DNA of 64,000 bases from Coprobacillus sp. CAG:698 (GCA_000431235.1 HF988734.1:72647-136646); one strand, 5' to 3'. Positions 29,565-40,213 are shown, numbered from the stretch's first letter. Numbers and translations are program-made. The notes: generated by a model not told the origin, from the letters alone.

Positions 29565-30677
29565 ATGAAGAAAAAAGTAGTTGTTGGATTAAGTGGTGGA
29601 GTTGATTCCGCAGTAGCTGTAATTATCCTTCAAAAAGCCGGTTATGAGGTTGAAGGTATGTTTATGAGAAACTGGGATTCTCTACTTAATAATGATGTTT
29701 TAGGTAATCCTCATACCTTAGATTCAGTTTGTCCTCAAGAAGTTGATTATATGGATGCTGTAAGAGTTTCAGAAAAGCTGGGAATTAAACTTCACCGAGT
29801 TGATTTTGTTATGGAATATTGGGATCGTGTATTCACATATTTTCTTGATGAATACAAAAATTATCGTACACCAAATCCTGATATCCTATGTAATAAAGAA
29901 ATCAAATTTAAGGCATTTCTTGAGAAAGCTATGGAAATGGGCTATGATTACATTGCAATGGGACATTATGCAAGAATAACTCATGATCCTTTAAAAATAT
30001 ATAAAGGTTTAGATAGTAATAAAGATCAAACATATTTCCTTTCACAACTTTCGAAAGAACAATTAGATAAAGCTTTATTTCCAATTGGCGATTTAACAAA
30101 AAAAGAAGTGCGTGAAATTGCCAAAGAATATGGATTAGAAGTTGCTACAAAGAAAGACTCAACTGGAGTGTGCTTTATAGGTGAAAGAAATTTCAAGCAA
30201 TTTTTAGAAAATTATTTGCCAGCGCAAAAAGGAAATATGGAAACACTAGATGGTGAAGTTGTTGGCACACATGATGGAATAATGTACTATACAATAGGAC
30301 AACGCCACGGATTAGGCCTTGGTGGTGAAGGTGATCCATGGTTTGTCCTTGGTAAAGACGTAAAGAGAAACGTCTTATATGTGGGTAGAGGTGCAAACAA
30401 TGATTATTTGTATTCAAATAGATGCATTGTAAGCAAAATTAATTGGCTTGGAGAGCCATTCACAGAAAGAAAAATCAATGTAAAATTTAGATATCGTAGT
30501 AAAGATATTGAAGCTACACTAAGAAATTTAGGTGATGGTAGATTCGAAATATTATACCCACAAATGTTTAAAGCAGTAACCCCAGGACAAGCAGCAGTCT
30601 TCTATGATGGAGATGAAATGTTAGGTGGTTCAACAATTGATGAAGTATATATGAATAATGAAAGAAGAAAATATTAA
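29565..30677 (+). CDS. mnmA: tRNA-specific 2-thiouridylase MnmA
   Basis: PP-loop SGGVDSAV with conserved catalytic Cys residues. 370 aa. Confidence 0.9.
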   Translation: MKKKVVVGLSGGVDSAVAVIILQKAGYEVEGMFMRNWDSLLNNDVLGNPHTLDSVCPQEVDYMDAVRVSEKLGIKLHRVDFVMEYWDRVFTYFLDEYKNYRTPNPDILCNKEIKFKAFLEKAMEMGYDYIAMGHYARITHDPLKIYKGLDSNKDQTYFLSQLSKEQLDKALFPIGDLTKKEVREIAKEYGLEVATKKDSTGVCFIGERNFKQFLENYLPAQKGNMETLDGEVVGTHDGIMYYTIGQRHGLGLGGEGDPWFVLGKDVKRNVLYVGRGANNDYLYSNRCIVSKINWLGEPFTERKINVKFRYRSKDIEATLRNLGDGRFEILYPQMFKAVTPGQAAVFYDGDEMLGGSTIDEVYMNNERRKY

Positions 30678-30679
30678 AA

Positions 30680-32920
30680 ATGGAAAAATTAGAAGGAACT
30701 ATTGAAAAAATATTATTCAAAAACGAAGAAAATGGTTATGCTGTGTTAAGGATCAAATTAGATTATACTAAGAAAAAAATGGCAAAGTATAAAGATATTT
30801 TATATACTAATCTCTTAACAGTTACATCATTTTTTGATCGCTTTCCCGTAATAGGAGAACAATTAGAATTTCAAGGTGACTTCGAAGAAAGTAAATATGG
30901 GATTCAGTTTAAAGCCCAATCATACTCACGAATAAATGAGGATACTCTTGAAACAGTAATAGCATACCTTTCGAGTGACTATTTTCCGGGAATTGGTAAA
31001 AAAATTGCCGCAAAGATATTTGAAGTAATCGGAAAAAATTGTTTAGAAAAAATCAGAAAAGATAAAAATATCTTAGATAAAGTAGATGGTTTAACGCTAA
31101 TTCAAAAGGATACTATCTATAAAGGACTTATCGATAATAAAAAGAAAGAAAAAGATACGCTTGATTATATAAACATGGGTTTTACTATCCAAATGGCCCA
31201 AAGAATATTAACTGAACTAACAAAAGAAGAAATAGAAGTAGCCAAAGAAAATCCTTACCTGTTAATAGATAAAGTTGAAGGCATTGGGTTTTTAAAAGCT
31301 GATAAAATAGCTTTAGCAATGGGCATAAGCGAACACGATCCTCTAAGAATAAAAGCATGTCTTAAATTTATTATCGATAGAATGACCTTTGAAACTGGGA
31401 ATTGCTATTTAGAAAAAGATAAACTTCTAATTACTGTAAATAAATATATAAAGTTAGACAGTGAAGATTACGAAAAATATTTAAATATTCTTGAAACCGA
31501 TGGAAAAATTTATATTGATGAATCTAACGTTTATGAATATTCTTTATATGAATCTGAAGGAAAATTAGCTGCAATTATAGCTTCTTTAATAATACATAAT
31601 CACGAAAGCCTAAATAAAGAAGTTATTATTGATAAACTTGAAAAAGTAAAAAAAGAATTAAAAATCGAATATAGTCCCAAACAAGAAGAAGCCATTATCA
31701 ATGCCTTTATAGAAAAAATAATGGTTATAACTGGTGGACCAGGTACTGGAAAAACAACAATCGTGGAAGGGATTATAGACTTATACAAAAAACTATACCC
31801 ATCACCAAATTTAACGGAAGAAGTATATCTACTAGCACCAACTGGTAGAGCCAGTAAAAGATTAGCTGAAGTAACAAAAATGCCTGCACAAACAATTCAT
31901 AAGTTTTTAGCATATGATGGCAAAACATTTCATAATAATGAAAATAATCCCATTAATGCTAAACTTGTCATAATTGATGAAATGTCAATGGTAGATGTTG
32001 TGCTAGCATGTAAATTATTTTCGGCCTTAACAAATGAAACTAGAATTATAATTGTTGGAGACGTTGATCAAATTCCTTCTGTCTCACCAGGTAATGTTCT
32101 TGAAGATATAATTAAAACCGGAAAAATAAAAACTATAAAATTAGATAAAATTCATAGACAAGCCCAAGATTCATCAATCATACGCCTTGCTCATGAAGTC
32201 AATCACGGAATAATACCTTTAGATTTATTTGAGAAACAAAAAGATCGAAATTTTATTAATATAGATGATGAAAATATTATTATAAATAGTTTAAAGAAAA
32301 TAATACACAAAGCTATAGAACAAAATATGAGTATCTTTAAAGATATACAAGTATTAATCCCAATGTATAAACGTCCTTTAGGAATTGATAATATTAATAA
32401 CATTCTTCAAGAAGAATTTAATCCATTAAATGATGCTAATAATGAAATAGTTTTTGGTAAACAAAAATTTCGAATTAATGATAAAGTTATTCAGTTAGTA
32501 AACAGGAATGATGATAATATTATGAATGGTGATATAGGAATAGTAGAATCATTTATATATGATGAAAATAAAATAATTGGGATGTTTGTGAAATTCGATA
32601 ATGGTCTTGTTGAATACACAAAAGATAATTATGAAGAATTAAAATTAGCATATGCAATTTCAATACATAAATCGCAAGGTAGTGAATTCAATACGACTAT
32701 CATACCTTTTTCTAAAAGCTATTCAATAATGCTTAAAAGAAGACTATATTACACAGCAATTACACGAGCTAAGAAATTCTTAATAATGATAGGAAGCTTC
32801 GAAGCTTTTAAAATGGCAGTTAGTAATACGGATTATTCACGAAATACGAAATTAAAAGAAAAAATTTTAGAAGCAATTAATAACTATGAACAAGAAATAA
32901 AACACCTCAAAAAAGAATAA
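30680..32920 (+). CDS. recD2: RecD2-type ATP-dependent DNA helicase (RecD/TraA family)
   Basis: N-terminal HhH domains, Walker A GGPGTGKTT and SF1 helicase motifs. 746 aa. Lies after mnmA as in B. subtilis (yrrC). Confidence 0.85.
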   Translation: MEKLEGTIEKILFKNEENGYAVLRIKLDYTKKKMAKYKDILYTNLLTVTSFFDRFPVIGEQLEFQGDFEESKYGIQFKAQSYSRINEDTLETVIAYLSSDYFPGIGKKIAAKIFEVIGKNCLEKIRKDKNILDKVDGLTLIQKDTIYKGLIDNKKKEKDTLDYINMGFTIQMAQRILTELTKEEIEVAKENPYLLIDKVEGIGFLKADKIALAMGISEHDPLRIKACLKFIIDRMTFETGNCYLEKDKLLITVNKYIKLDSEDYEKYLNILETDGKIYIDESNVYEYSLYESEGKLAAIIASLIIHNHESLNKEVIIDKLEKVKKELKIEYSPKQEEAIINAFIEKIMVITGGPGTGKTTIVEGIIDLYKKLYPSPNLTEEVYLLAPTGRASKRLAEVTKMPAQTIHKFLAYDGKTFHNNENNPINAKLVIIDEMSMVDVVLACKLFSALTNETRIIIVGDVDQIPSVSPGNVLEDIIKTGKIKTIKLDKIHRQAQDSSIIRLAHEVNHGIIPLDLFEKQKDRNFINIDDENIIINSLKKIIHKAIEQNMSIFKDIQVLIPMYKRPLGIDNINNILQEEFNPLNDANNEIVFGKQKFRINDKVIQLVNRNDDNIMNGDIGIVESFIYDENKIIGMFVKFDNGLVEYTKDNYEELKLAYAISIHKSQGSEFNTTIIPFSKSYSIMLKRRLYYTAITRAKKFLIMIGSFEAFKMAVSNTDYSRNTKLKEKILEAINNYEQEIKHLKKE

Positions 32921-32979
32921 AAATTATATTTTTGGAAATAATAATATTAAAGTAGAAAATTAGTGAGGTGAAAATAGTT

Positions 32980-33132
32980 ATGAAAAAAGCTATCGCATAT
33001 ATGATGATTGGTGCAGCAACTTATGGAGTCATAAGTATGATGGTTTGTAAGAAAAATTCTATCGAAAAAAAGTTAAAAAAATTAAAGAAAAATGGTATGG
33101 ATGCATACAATAAAGTAAAAACAATTCTCTGA
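32980..33132 (+). CDS. Small membrane protein (50 aa), hypothetical
   Basis: RBS GAGGTGA 6 nt upstream. One TM helix plus a Lys-rich tail. A terminator follows. Confidence 0.3.
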   Translation: MKKAIAYMMIGAATYGVISMMVCKKNSIEKKLKKLKKNGMDAYNKVKTIL

Positions 33133-33163
33133 ATGTCTATCGCTTATGATAGGCATTTTTTTA
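33133..33163 (+). terminator. Intrinsic terminator
   Basis: ATGTCTATC-gcttat-GATAGGCAT followed by TTTTTTT. Confidence 0.45.
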
Positions 33164-33211
33164 AAGCAAAAAAACTAATAAACAGTTAATATGTAAGTGG
33201 AAGGTGATAAA

Positions 33212-33727
33212 ATGAAAATTATTAAATTAGTAAAGAAAATTAAAATTAAATACTTAATCGTTGGGGGAGTAAGTTTAATATTACTACTTTTTGGATTCAT
33301 TTTAAATGCTAGTGATAAAGTAGAATTAGTCACTTCAAATAAGAATAGTGTTTTAGTAAGTGTACAAGGAGAAGTACGCTACCCAGGAACATATGCTATG
33401 ACAGATAAAGATCGAATACTTGATGCTATACGAAAGGCAGGAGGTGTAACCTTTTTAGGTAATCAAAGTAAACTAAATCTTGCTGACAAAGTGTCTGATG
33501 GAATGATAATAATAGTACCTAAAAATACAGAAGAAGGACTAATAAATTTAAATACATGTGAGGAAAAAGATTTTGATAGATTTAAGTATTTAGGTTTAAC
33601 GGATACGTCAATAAAAACAATTGTTAAGTATTCTAAAAATAATGGCTTTACAAGAAAAGAAGAATTACTTGAAATAGGCATAAAAGAAAATGTTTATAAC
33701 AAAATTAAAGAATACATTATTCTATAG
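33212..33727 (+). CDS. comEA: Competence protein ComEA (SLBB + helix-hairpin-helix DNA-binding)
   Basis: TM anchor and a C-terminal HhH pair (VNLNTCEEKDFDRFKYLGL...GFTRKEELLEI). RBS GGAAGGTGA. Confidence 0.75.
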   Translation: MKIIKLVKKIKIKYLIVGGVSLILLLFGFILNASDKVELVTSNKNSVLVSVQGEVRYPGTYAMTDKDRILDAIRKAGGVTFLGNQSKLNLADKVSDGMIIIVPKNTEEGLINLNTCEEKDFDRFKYLGLTDTSIKTIVKYSKNNGFTRKEELLEIGIKENVYNKIKEYIIL

Positions 33728-35819
33728 GACTTTAATTAATAATTTTATATATGTTTCATTTAGCATAATTCTTATCGCAGTTATTATAAATAATCATTAT
33801 ATGTTTTTTCTTTACATAATATATCTTATATATATTTACAAAAGAAATAAAATTATTTGTAAAAGTATTATAATAATAAACATTATATTTATTATTATCT
33901 ATATAATTTATTCTTTTGCAATCAAAGACTATGGTTTGACAGAATTTGAAGGTATAGTAACATGTATAGAGAAAAAAGATAAAAGTAATAAAATTGAAAT
34001 TACAAACTACTTTAAGAAAGTAATAATATATGATAAAAATTACACGCCTATAGAGATTGGTGATAAAGTAATTGTTACAGGTATAAACCGAAAAATAAGT
34101 GCTAATCACAATCAATATGCATTTGACTACCAAAAATATTGTTTTAGTAAAAGGATAGTATCAATAATCAATGCTGAAGTAATTGAAACAAAGAAAAGTG
34201 TAAATGTTTATATAGTAAAAAAATATATATATAAATACTTAGATCATTTCTTTAATCAATCAATATGCAAAAGTTATATTTTAGGTTTTATTTTTGGTGA
34301 TACATCGCTTTTAAGTACTGAAATAGAAGAAAGCATAAAAGTAAATAGCATTTCCCATTTGTTTGCAATATCAGGACTTCATGTAGGGATTATTATAAGT
34401 ATAATTGAAAAACTATTGGGAAAAGTAATAAGAAATAGTAAAACAAGAGAAAATGTGATATGTGTAGTAATTGGTATTTATCTATTTGTTAATTACTTTC
34501 AAGTATCAATTTCGAGAGCTGTTGTCATGTATTATTTAAAAATAATAAATAAAAGAAAAGATTTAAAATTATCATCTTTAGATAATGTAAGTATTGTATT
34601 TATTATTTTTTTATTCGTTAATCCATTTCTTATCTATAATATAAGTTTTAAACTTAGCTTTCTTGCAAGTTTTGCAATTATTATATATTCTGAGAGTATA
34701 AAAAATACAAAAATTGAATCAATAAATCCAATTTTAAATAATTTGTTAATGACAATATTTGTTCAGTTAATAACTTTACCAATTGTAATAAATATGAATA
34801 ATTCTTTTAATATCATTTCCCCATTTGTAAATGTTATATTTATAGCTTTAGTATCATATATTATATTACCGATAACATTTTTATCTCTTTTTTTCCCAGT
34901 AGTTAGTAGTATATACTTCTATATTTTAGAAACATTTGAATATGCCAACATTTTATTTAAAAATCTTAATATAAGTTTTGTTATCCCGTCACTAAATATT
35001 ATAGAAATAGTTATATTTTATATAATTATCTTTTTATTTACAAAGTATTATAAAAAGACTTGGATTTATGTTGCTAGTATTATATTAGTGTTTATATTTA
35101 TGAATAAGGTTAGTTTTAACTTGCTAGGAAAAACATCTTTTATGTCTTTGCCTGAAGGAGATGCTATAATAATTGATTTGCCCTTAAATAAAGGGGTTAT
35201 TATGATTGACACTGGAAAAAGGGAAACTGATGATGTTATAAATTATTTAAAAAGTTCAGGAATTAGAAAAATTGATTATTTAATTCTAACTCATAATCAT
35301 GATGATCATAATGGAAAAGCAAGTGAAATAATTAATGAATTCAAAGTAACAAATATTGTTGTTAGTGAATATGATAATAGTAAATATAGCAAAACAAACA
35401 AAACAATAAAAGTAAAAAAAGGTGATAAAATAAATGTAAATGGTTACGTAATAGATGTTCTTTCCCCAAAACAAAAAAGTAATGATGAGAATGACAATAG
35501 TATAGTTCTTACAATAAAATTAGGAAATTTAAAATATTTATTCTTAGGCGATGCTACTAAGAACGTAGAAAGAGAGATAGAAATAAGTAAAGTAGATGTC
35601 GTCAAAGCTGGTCATCATGGTTCAAATACGAGCTCAGATAGATCATTTTATGAAAAGGTTAATCCCAAATATATTATAATAACTTCAGGTTACAATAATA
35701 AATATGGTTTTCCTCATCAAGAAGCACTGGAAAATATTGGTGATAGAGAAGTTCATCGTACTGATCTTGAAGACCAAATTATCATTTATTTCACACATTT
35801 ATTTAGTATAATAACATAG
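33690..35819 (+). CDS. comEC: DNA internalisation competence protein ComEC/Rec2
   Basis: Polytopic membrane domain with the competence motif ISHLFAISGLHVG. C-terminal MBL domain ILTHNHDDHNG. The exact start is uncertain. Confidence 0.8.
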   Translation: MFITKLKNTLFYRTLINNFIYVSFSIILIAVIINNHYMFFLYIIYLIYIYKRNKIICKSIIIINIIFIIIYIIYSFAIKDYGLTEFEGIVTCIEKKDKSNKIEITNYFKKVIIYDKNYTPIEIGDKVIVTGINRKISANHNQYAFDYQKYCFSKRIVSIINAEVIETKKSVNVYIVKKYIYKYLDHFFNQSICKSYILGFIFGDTSLLSTEIEESIKVNSISHLFAISGLHVGIIISIIEKLLGKVIRNSKTRENVICVVIGIYLFVNYFQVSISRAVVMYYLKIINKRKDLKLSSLDNVSIVFIIFLFVNPFLIYNISFKLSFLASFAIIIYSESIKNTKIESINPILNNLLMTIFVQLITLPIVINMNNSFNIISPFVNVIFIALVSYIILPITFLSLFFPVVSSIYFYILETFEYANILFKNLNISFVIPSLNIIEIVIFYIIIFLFTKYYKKTWIYVASIILVFIFMNKVSFNLLGKTSFMSLPEGDAIIIDLPLNKGVIMIDTGKRETDDVINYLKSSGIRKIDYLILTHNHDDHNGKASEIINEFKVTNIVVSEYDNSKYSKTNKTIKVKKGDKINVNGYVIDVLSPKQKSNDENDNSIVLTIKLGNLKYLFLGDATKNVEREIEISKVDVVKAGHHGSNTSSDRSFYEKVNPKYIIITSGYNNKYGFPHQEALENIGDREVHRTDLEDQIIIYFTHLFSIIT

Positions 35820-35902
35820 ATTTAGTAAATAATAATTTTGTCCATTAAAGAGTTTTTAATTACTGAAAAGTAATTAATTCCTCTTTTAATGTATATATAT
35901 AT

Positions 35903-35932
35903 GAAGATCTTTTTAGATCTTCCTCTTTTTTT
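35903..35932 (+). terminator. Intrinsic terminator after comEC
   Basis: GAAGATCT-tttt-AGATCTTC followed by CTCTTTTTTT. Confidence 0.5.
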
Positions 35933-35996
35933 AGTTTGTTATTTTCTTTTTATAAAAGTTATGATATAATTTATATAAAGGTAAAGGTGAATTCTA

Positions 35997-36959
35997 ATGG
36001 CAAATAGAGTATATTTATATAAAGGCGATGAAAAATATCTAACGAATGCAAAAATTCAACGTATCATAAAAGAAAGTAAAGCTGATGAAATAAATATTAC
36101 TACATATGATTGTTCTGAGGTGAATCTTGAAAAAGCTATTTTTGATGCTTTAACTCCTGCTTTTCTTGGTGGGAATAAAGTAGTTATAATAACTAATCCT
36201 ATTTTCTTATCATCTGAAAAGAACTCAAACATGCATAATACAAAAATACTTTTAAGTTACCTTGATAAACCATCTGAGACAACTTATTTAATCATAAATG
36301 CAAGTGGTTTTAAAGTTAATGAAAAATTAGAAATAACTAAAGCATTACTTCATAAAGCTAATGTCGTTACTACAAATGGTATTAGCGAAGTTGAATTTCG
36401 TGGTTGGTTAGAACGTGAGTGTTCAATTCAAAATGTAAGAATTGAAAAAAATGCTTTATCACTAATGTATAAAGCTTTTGGTTCTAATCTTGAAGAGACT
36501 AAAAATGAAGTTGATAAGTTAACAAGTTATGTTGGCTCTGGTGGGGTAATTACAGAAATAACTTTAAAGGAACTAATGAGTAAAGGTAATAATGGAGATG
36601 TTTATGAGCTAGTTAATGCATTATATAAAGGTGAAAAAGAAAAAGCTATAAAACTATATTTAGAGTTAAGTAAGTATCAAAAGGATGCAAGTTTCTTTAT
36701 AAATGTTATTTCTAAGTCTTTTAAAGATAATTATCTTGTAAAAAAAATGATGGAGATGAAATATAATCAAAGTGAAATTAGTTCAAAACTTAATCTAAAC
36801 TCTAATAGAGTTTATTATATGATGAAAGATGTAAGTAATATCACAACCGAAAAAATGGAAAAATATATTATAAAACTCGCTGACCTTGATTTACGAATTA
36901 AAACAGGTTTAATCGACAAAAAAATAGGTTTTGAAGAATTTTTATATGGAATTGAGTAA
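35997..36959 (+). CDS. holA: DNA polymerase III delta subunit
   Basis: 320 aa, delta-subunit-like N-terminus (MANRVYLYKGDE). Synteny comEC-holA. Extended -10 TGATATAAT lies upstream. Confidence 0.75.
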   Translation: MANRVYLYKGDEKYLTNAKIQRIIKESKADEINITTYDCSEVNLEKAIFDALTPAFLGGNKVVIITNPIFLSSEKNSNMHNTKILLSYLDKPSETTYLIINASGFKVNEKLEITKALLHKANVVTTNGISEVEFRGWLERECSIQNVRIEKNALSLMYKAFGSNLEETKNEVDKLTSYVGSGGVITEITLKELMSKGNNGDVYELVNALYKGEKEKAIKLYLELSKYQKDASFFINVISKSFKDNYLVKKMMEMKYNQSEISSKLNLNSNRVYYMMKDVSNITTEKMEKYIIKLADLDLRIKTGLIDKKIGFEEFLYGIE

Positions 36960-36961
36960 AC

Positions 36962-36992
36962 AAAAAACATCTGATTGACAGATGTTTTTTAT
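36962..36992. terminator. Bidirectional terminator between holA (+) and rpsT (-)
   Basis: AACATCTG-attga-CAGATGTT flanked by A-run and T-run. Confidence 0.5.
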
Positions 36993-37255
36993 TTACCAAT
37001 GTTATTAACAGTTAAAGATAAACGTGATTTGTTACGAGCAACAAAGTTTTTATGGAAAATACCTTTTGCTAAACCTTTATCAAGTTTCTTTGATGCTAGG
37101 TTATAAGCTTTTACAGCACCATCTTTATCACCTGCTGCAGCTTTTGCAAGTACAGCTTTAATAGCAGTTTTTACAGAAGATTTAAAAGAAGCGTTTTGTA
37201 ATTTTTTCTTTTCACTAGTTTTGATACGTTTAACTTGTTGTTTAATGTTTGCCAT
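36989..37255 (-). CDS. rpsT: 30S ribosomal protein S20
   Basis: MANIKQQVKRIKTSEKKKLQN... matches S20. I take the start as the ATG preceded by GGAGGTG, not the longer upstream ORF. Confidence 0.9.
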   Translation of the reverse strand: MANIKQQVKRIKTSEKKKLQNASFKSSVKTAIKAVLAKAAAGDKDGAVKAYNLASKKLDKGLAKGIFHKNFVARNKSRLSLTVNNIGK

Positions 37256-37396
37256 TGATTTCACCTCCACATTAAATACTAGTTTAATATATACTTATAT
37301 ATTATACAAGAAAACTTGAAAAAAATCAAGATAATTTTTAAGTTTTATCTCATAAAAGTAAGATATTTTGTTAATAATAAAATATGAGGTGATAAA

Positions 37397-38392
37397 ATGG
37401 ATAAATATTCTGTTAGAACAGACTTAGCTTCAGAAGCGATAAAAGATTTTCAAATACCTGAAGAAGAGAAAAATATTAATGGAATTGAATTAAAAAGAGT
37501 TTTTGTTGATGAAGAAAATAGTGGCCGAATCGGAAAAAAACCAGGTGTTTATTATACAATAGATACGAGGGCAATTGAAACTCATGACAATGATGACATA
37601 GTGAATTGTGAAAATGTTCTTGCAAATGTCATAAAAGAAGTTATGGAGTTTGAAAACATAAAAAACGAAGATAAAGGATTGATAGTAGGATTAGGTAATA
37701 TCAATGTTACCCCAGATTCACTAGGACCATTAGTTGTAGATAATGTAATAGTTACTAGGCATATGTTTATGATTAATCCAAGCAAAGTAAGTCCAGGAAT
37801 CAGAGAAGTTAGTGCAATTGCTCCAGGAGTAATGGGTACTACAGGTATAGAAACTTTTGATATTATAGAAGCTGTTAAGAGTAAAATAGATGTGGATTAT
37901 ATGATAGTAGTTGATGCTTTAGCATCAAGATCAATAGATCGAGTTAATAAAACTATTCAAATTACAAATACGGGAATAAGCCCTGGCTCAGGAGTTGGAA
38001 ATAGAAGAAAGGAATTAAGCAAGGAAACAATTGGCATCGCTGTGATAGCTATAGGGGTACCAACAGTTGTAGACGCGGTAACAATTACAAGTGATACAAT
38101 AGACATTATTATGAAATATATGAATAATCTTCACCGAAACAAGCCTGAAGAAATAGATATTGAAAATACTCCAAGGCCAAACAAAGAATATCGTGAAGAG
38201 TTATTTGGTAATGTTGGAGCCTTAAGTGAAGAAGAGAAAAGGCAATTAATAGATGAGATTTTAACGCCAACTGGCTTTAATATGATGGTAACACCAAAAG
38301 AAGTTGATTTAGACATATCTGACCTTACACAAATAATAAGTAAAGCAATAGATCAAGCGTTACATCCAATTGTAGGTCCGTATGAAGCCTAG
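37397..38392 (+). CDS. gpr: Germination protease GPR (spore endopeptidase)
   Basis: 331 aa. N-terminal MDKYSVRTDLASEA and GLGNxNVTPDSLGP match the GPR family. Same position as B. subtilis gpr, next to rpsT. Confidence 0.85.
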   Translation: MDKYSVRTDLASEAIKDFQIPEEEKNINGIELKRVFVDEENSGRIGKKPGVYYTIDTRAIETHDNDDIVNCENVLANVIKEVMEFENIKNEDKGLIVGLGNINVTPDSLGPLVVDNVIVTRHMFMINPSKVSPGIREVSAIAPGVMGTTGIETFDIIEAVKSKIDVDYMIVVDALASRSIDRVNKTIQITNTGISPGSGVGNRRKELSKETIGIAVIAIGVPTVVDAVTITSDTIDIIMKYMNNLHRNKPEEIDIENTPRPNKEYREELFGNVGALSEEEKRQLIDEILTPTGFNMMVTPKEVDLDISDLTQIISKAIDQALHPIVGPYEA

Positions 38393-38657
38393 GCATGTAA
38401 TATTTTTAATTTTCTTGTTCTTTTTCTTTGGATATGTAATGAATGTTCCAAACGATGAAACAAGTGGAAGAATATCAAATGAAAAATTAAAAGAATTCGA
38501 GGGAAAAATCTCTACAAAAGATAATACATACAAACCATCAGAAAATGTTGTTGAAGAAAATATTTTTAATAAAGGTGGAAAAAAGGTAGAAGGGATTATT
38601 GACTCTGGTTTTGATATTTTATTTGATATTGTAAAAGGATTCATTGATGAAAAATAA
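38382..38657 (+). CDS. Hypothetical small membrane-anchored protein (91 aa)
   Basis: N-terminal TM helix. Overlaps the gpr 3' end by 11 nt. No family recognised. Confidence 0.35.
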   Translation: MKPRHVIFLIFLFFFFGYVMNVPNDETSGRISNEKLKEFEGKISTKDNTYKPSENVVEENIFNKGGKKVEGIIDSGFDILFDIVKGFIDEK

Positions 38658-38737
38658 AGAACTTAACAAAAAGTTATTGATATTAATTATTGCTTATATG
38701 GTATTCTTTTTCATAATAAGGTTTATTAATAAAAAAT

Positions 38738-38760
38738 AGAGGGAAGGTCCCTCTTTTTAA
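38738..38760 (+). terminator. Intrinsic terminator
   Basis: AGAGGG-aaggt-CCCTCT followed by TTTTT. Confidence 0.5.
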
Positions 38761-38829
38761 ATTAAGAATTGCAATAATTAAATAATTAATATATAATATA
38801 CTAAGAAGTAAATAAAATAGGTGATAAAA

Positions 38830-39930
38830 ATGCATGTGTGTATAATTGGTGGTGGTGCTTCCGGTGTTTTTGCAGGAATAACAATAAAACATTTAGATAG
38901 TACTATTGATGTTACAATAATTGAACAAAATAATAAACTATTAAAAAAAGTATCTAAAACAGGTAGTGGTAAATGCAATATAATGAATAAAAACATAAGT
39001 AAAGAATTCTATAATGATTTTTCACTTATTGAAAAGAATATGACAAAAGTTGAAATTGATAAAATGCTAACAGCTTATGGAATTCTATTACGTGAAGGAA
39101 CAGAAGGTAGACTATATCCTTACAGTTTACAAGCTAAAACTGTGTGCGATGTTCTCACTTTTGATTTACAAGAGTTAAAAGTGAATGTCTTACTGAATAC
39201 GAAAGTAACTTCTGTAAAAAAGGTTAAAACTGGATACAAAATAAATGATAGTATAAATTGCGATTATCTTGTTTTTGCTACAGGATCAAAAGCCCAAGCA
39301 GAAACTAACTGCTATGAACTACTTTCAAGTTTAGGACATAAAATTACACCTATTGAACCAGGATTAGTTCCAATTATCACAAAAGAGAAAACTAATCAAC
39401 TTTATGGTATAAGATGGAAAGTAAAGATAAACTTTAAAAACGAAAGTAGAACAGGAGAATTACAATTCCGTGATAATGGATTATCGGGTATTTGTATAAT
39501 GGATGCATCTAATGTACTTAAGGAAAATGATGTTATTAATATAGATCTAATGCCTGAGTATAGTATTAATGATTTAAAACAATTAGTCAGCGAAAGAAAA
39601 CTAAAGTTTTTAGAAAATGTCTTTCCTAAGAATCTATGGAATGAAATAGTTTCAAGAAGTGATAAAAGTACTATCTCCATTTTGAAAACGATAAAAAATC
39701 TAAAGTATACAGTGCTAGCAAAGAGGGATTTCAATGAGGCTCAAATAGCTCTAGGTGGAGTCAGTATCCAAGAAATTACAAATTCTTTTGAAAGTAAATT
39801 AAATAATAATTTATATATACTTGGGGAAACGATTGATGTTGCAGGAGCAACTGGTGGATACAATTTGTATTTTGCATGGCTTAGCGGATATATATGTGCA
39901 GAGAATATCGTAAATAAAAAAGGCTCGTAA
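38830..39930 (+). CDS. FAD-dependent flavoprotein, HI0933/YhiN (aminoacetone-oxidase-like) family
   Basis: GxGxxG dinucleotide fold at the N-terminus (MHVCIIGGGASG). RBS AGGTGA with ATG at 38830. Confidence 0.75.
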   Translation: MHVCIIGGGASGVFAGITIKHLDSTIDVTIIEQNNKLLKKVSKTGSGKCNIMNKNISKEFYNDFSLIEKNMTKVEIDKMLTAYGILLREGTEGRLYPYSLQAKTVCDVLTFDLQELKVNVLLNTKVTSVKKVKTGYKINDSINCDYLVFATGSKAQAETNCYELLSSLGHKITPIEPGLVPIITKEKTNQLYGIRWKVKINFKNESRTGELQFRDNGLSGICIMDASNVLKENDVINIDLMPEYSINDLKQLVSERKLKFLENVFPKNLWNEIVSRSDKSTISILKTIKNLKYTVLAKRDFNEAQIALGGVSIQEITNSFESKLNNNLYILGETIDVAGATGGYNLYFAWLSGYICAENIVNKKGS

Positions 39931-39937
39931 GGGCCTT

Positions 39938-40213
39938 TTATTCTTCGTCATTTAAAAGTTGTTCGTAAATTTTAAATACGCCATCTAAAATTTCATCGTC
40001 ATCAATAAATTCATATTCAGCATCTCCATCTTCGTATTCAGTGCACTTAAAGACGAAAGCTTCATCTTCTGGGGCATTAGGAATACTAGTAGGTAAAAGA
40101 ATCAAATAGAAATCATCTTTGTAGTTAATACCTGCGATTACGTCAAATTCGACTTCTTCTCCTTCATCATTCACAAGAGTTAATTTGTTTTCAAATTCAT
40201 CATTAGTATTCAT
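39938..40213 (-). CDS. DUF1292 (UPF0473) family protein
   Basis: Acidic ~91-aa protein (LVNDEGEEVEFDV...). I take the start as MNTNDEF, preceded by GGAGGA, not the longer ORF. Confidence 0.55.
   Translation of the reverse strand: MNTNDEFENKLTLVNDEGEEVEFDVIAGINYKDDFYLILLPTSIPNAPEDEAFVFKCTEYEDGDAEYEFIDDDEILDGVFKIYEQLLNDEE

Noticed and set aside
31600-32403. Minus-strand ORFs inside recD2
   Set aside because: Antisense, Ile/Phe-rich AT-driven frames.
37300-37396. Sigma-F/G-type forespore promoter upstream of gpr
   Set aside because: I could not find a convincing GHATR-N17/18-CATNNTA match by eye. Left uncalled.
38683-38996. Minus-strand ORFs 38683-38892 and 38778-38996
   Set aside because: They overlap the FAD-oxidoreductase start region and promoter, are hydrophobic low-complexity, and have no RBS.
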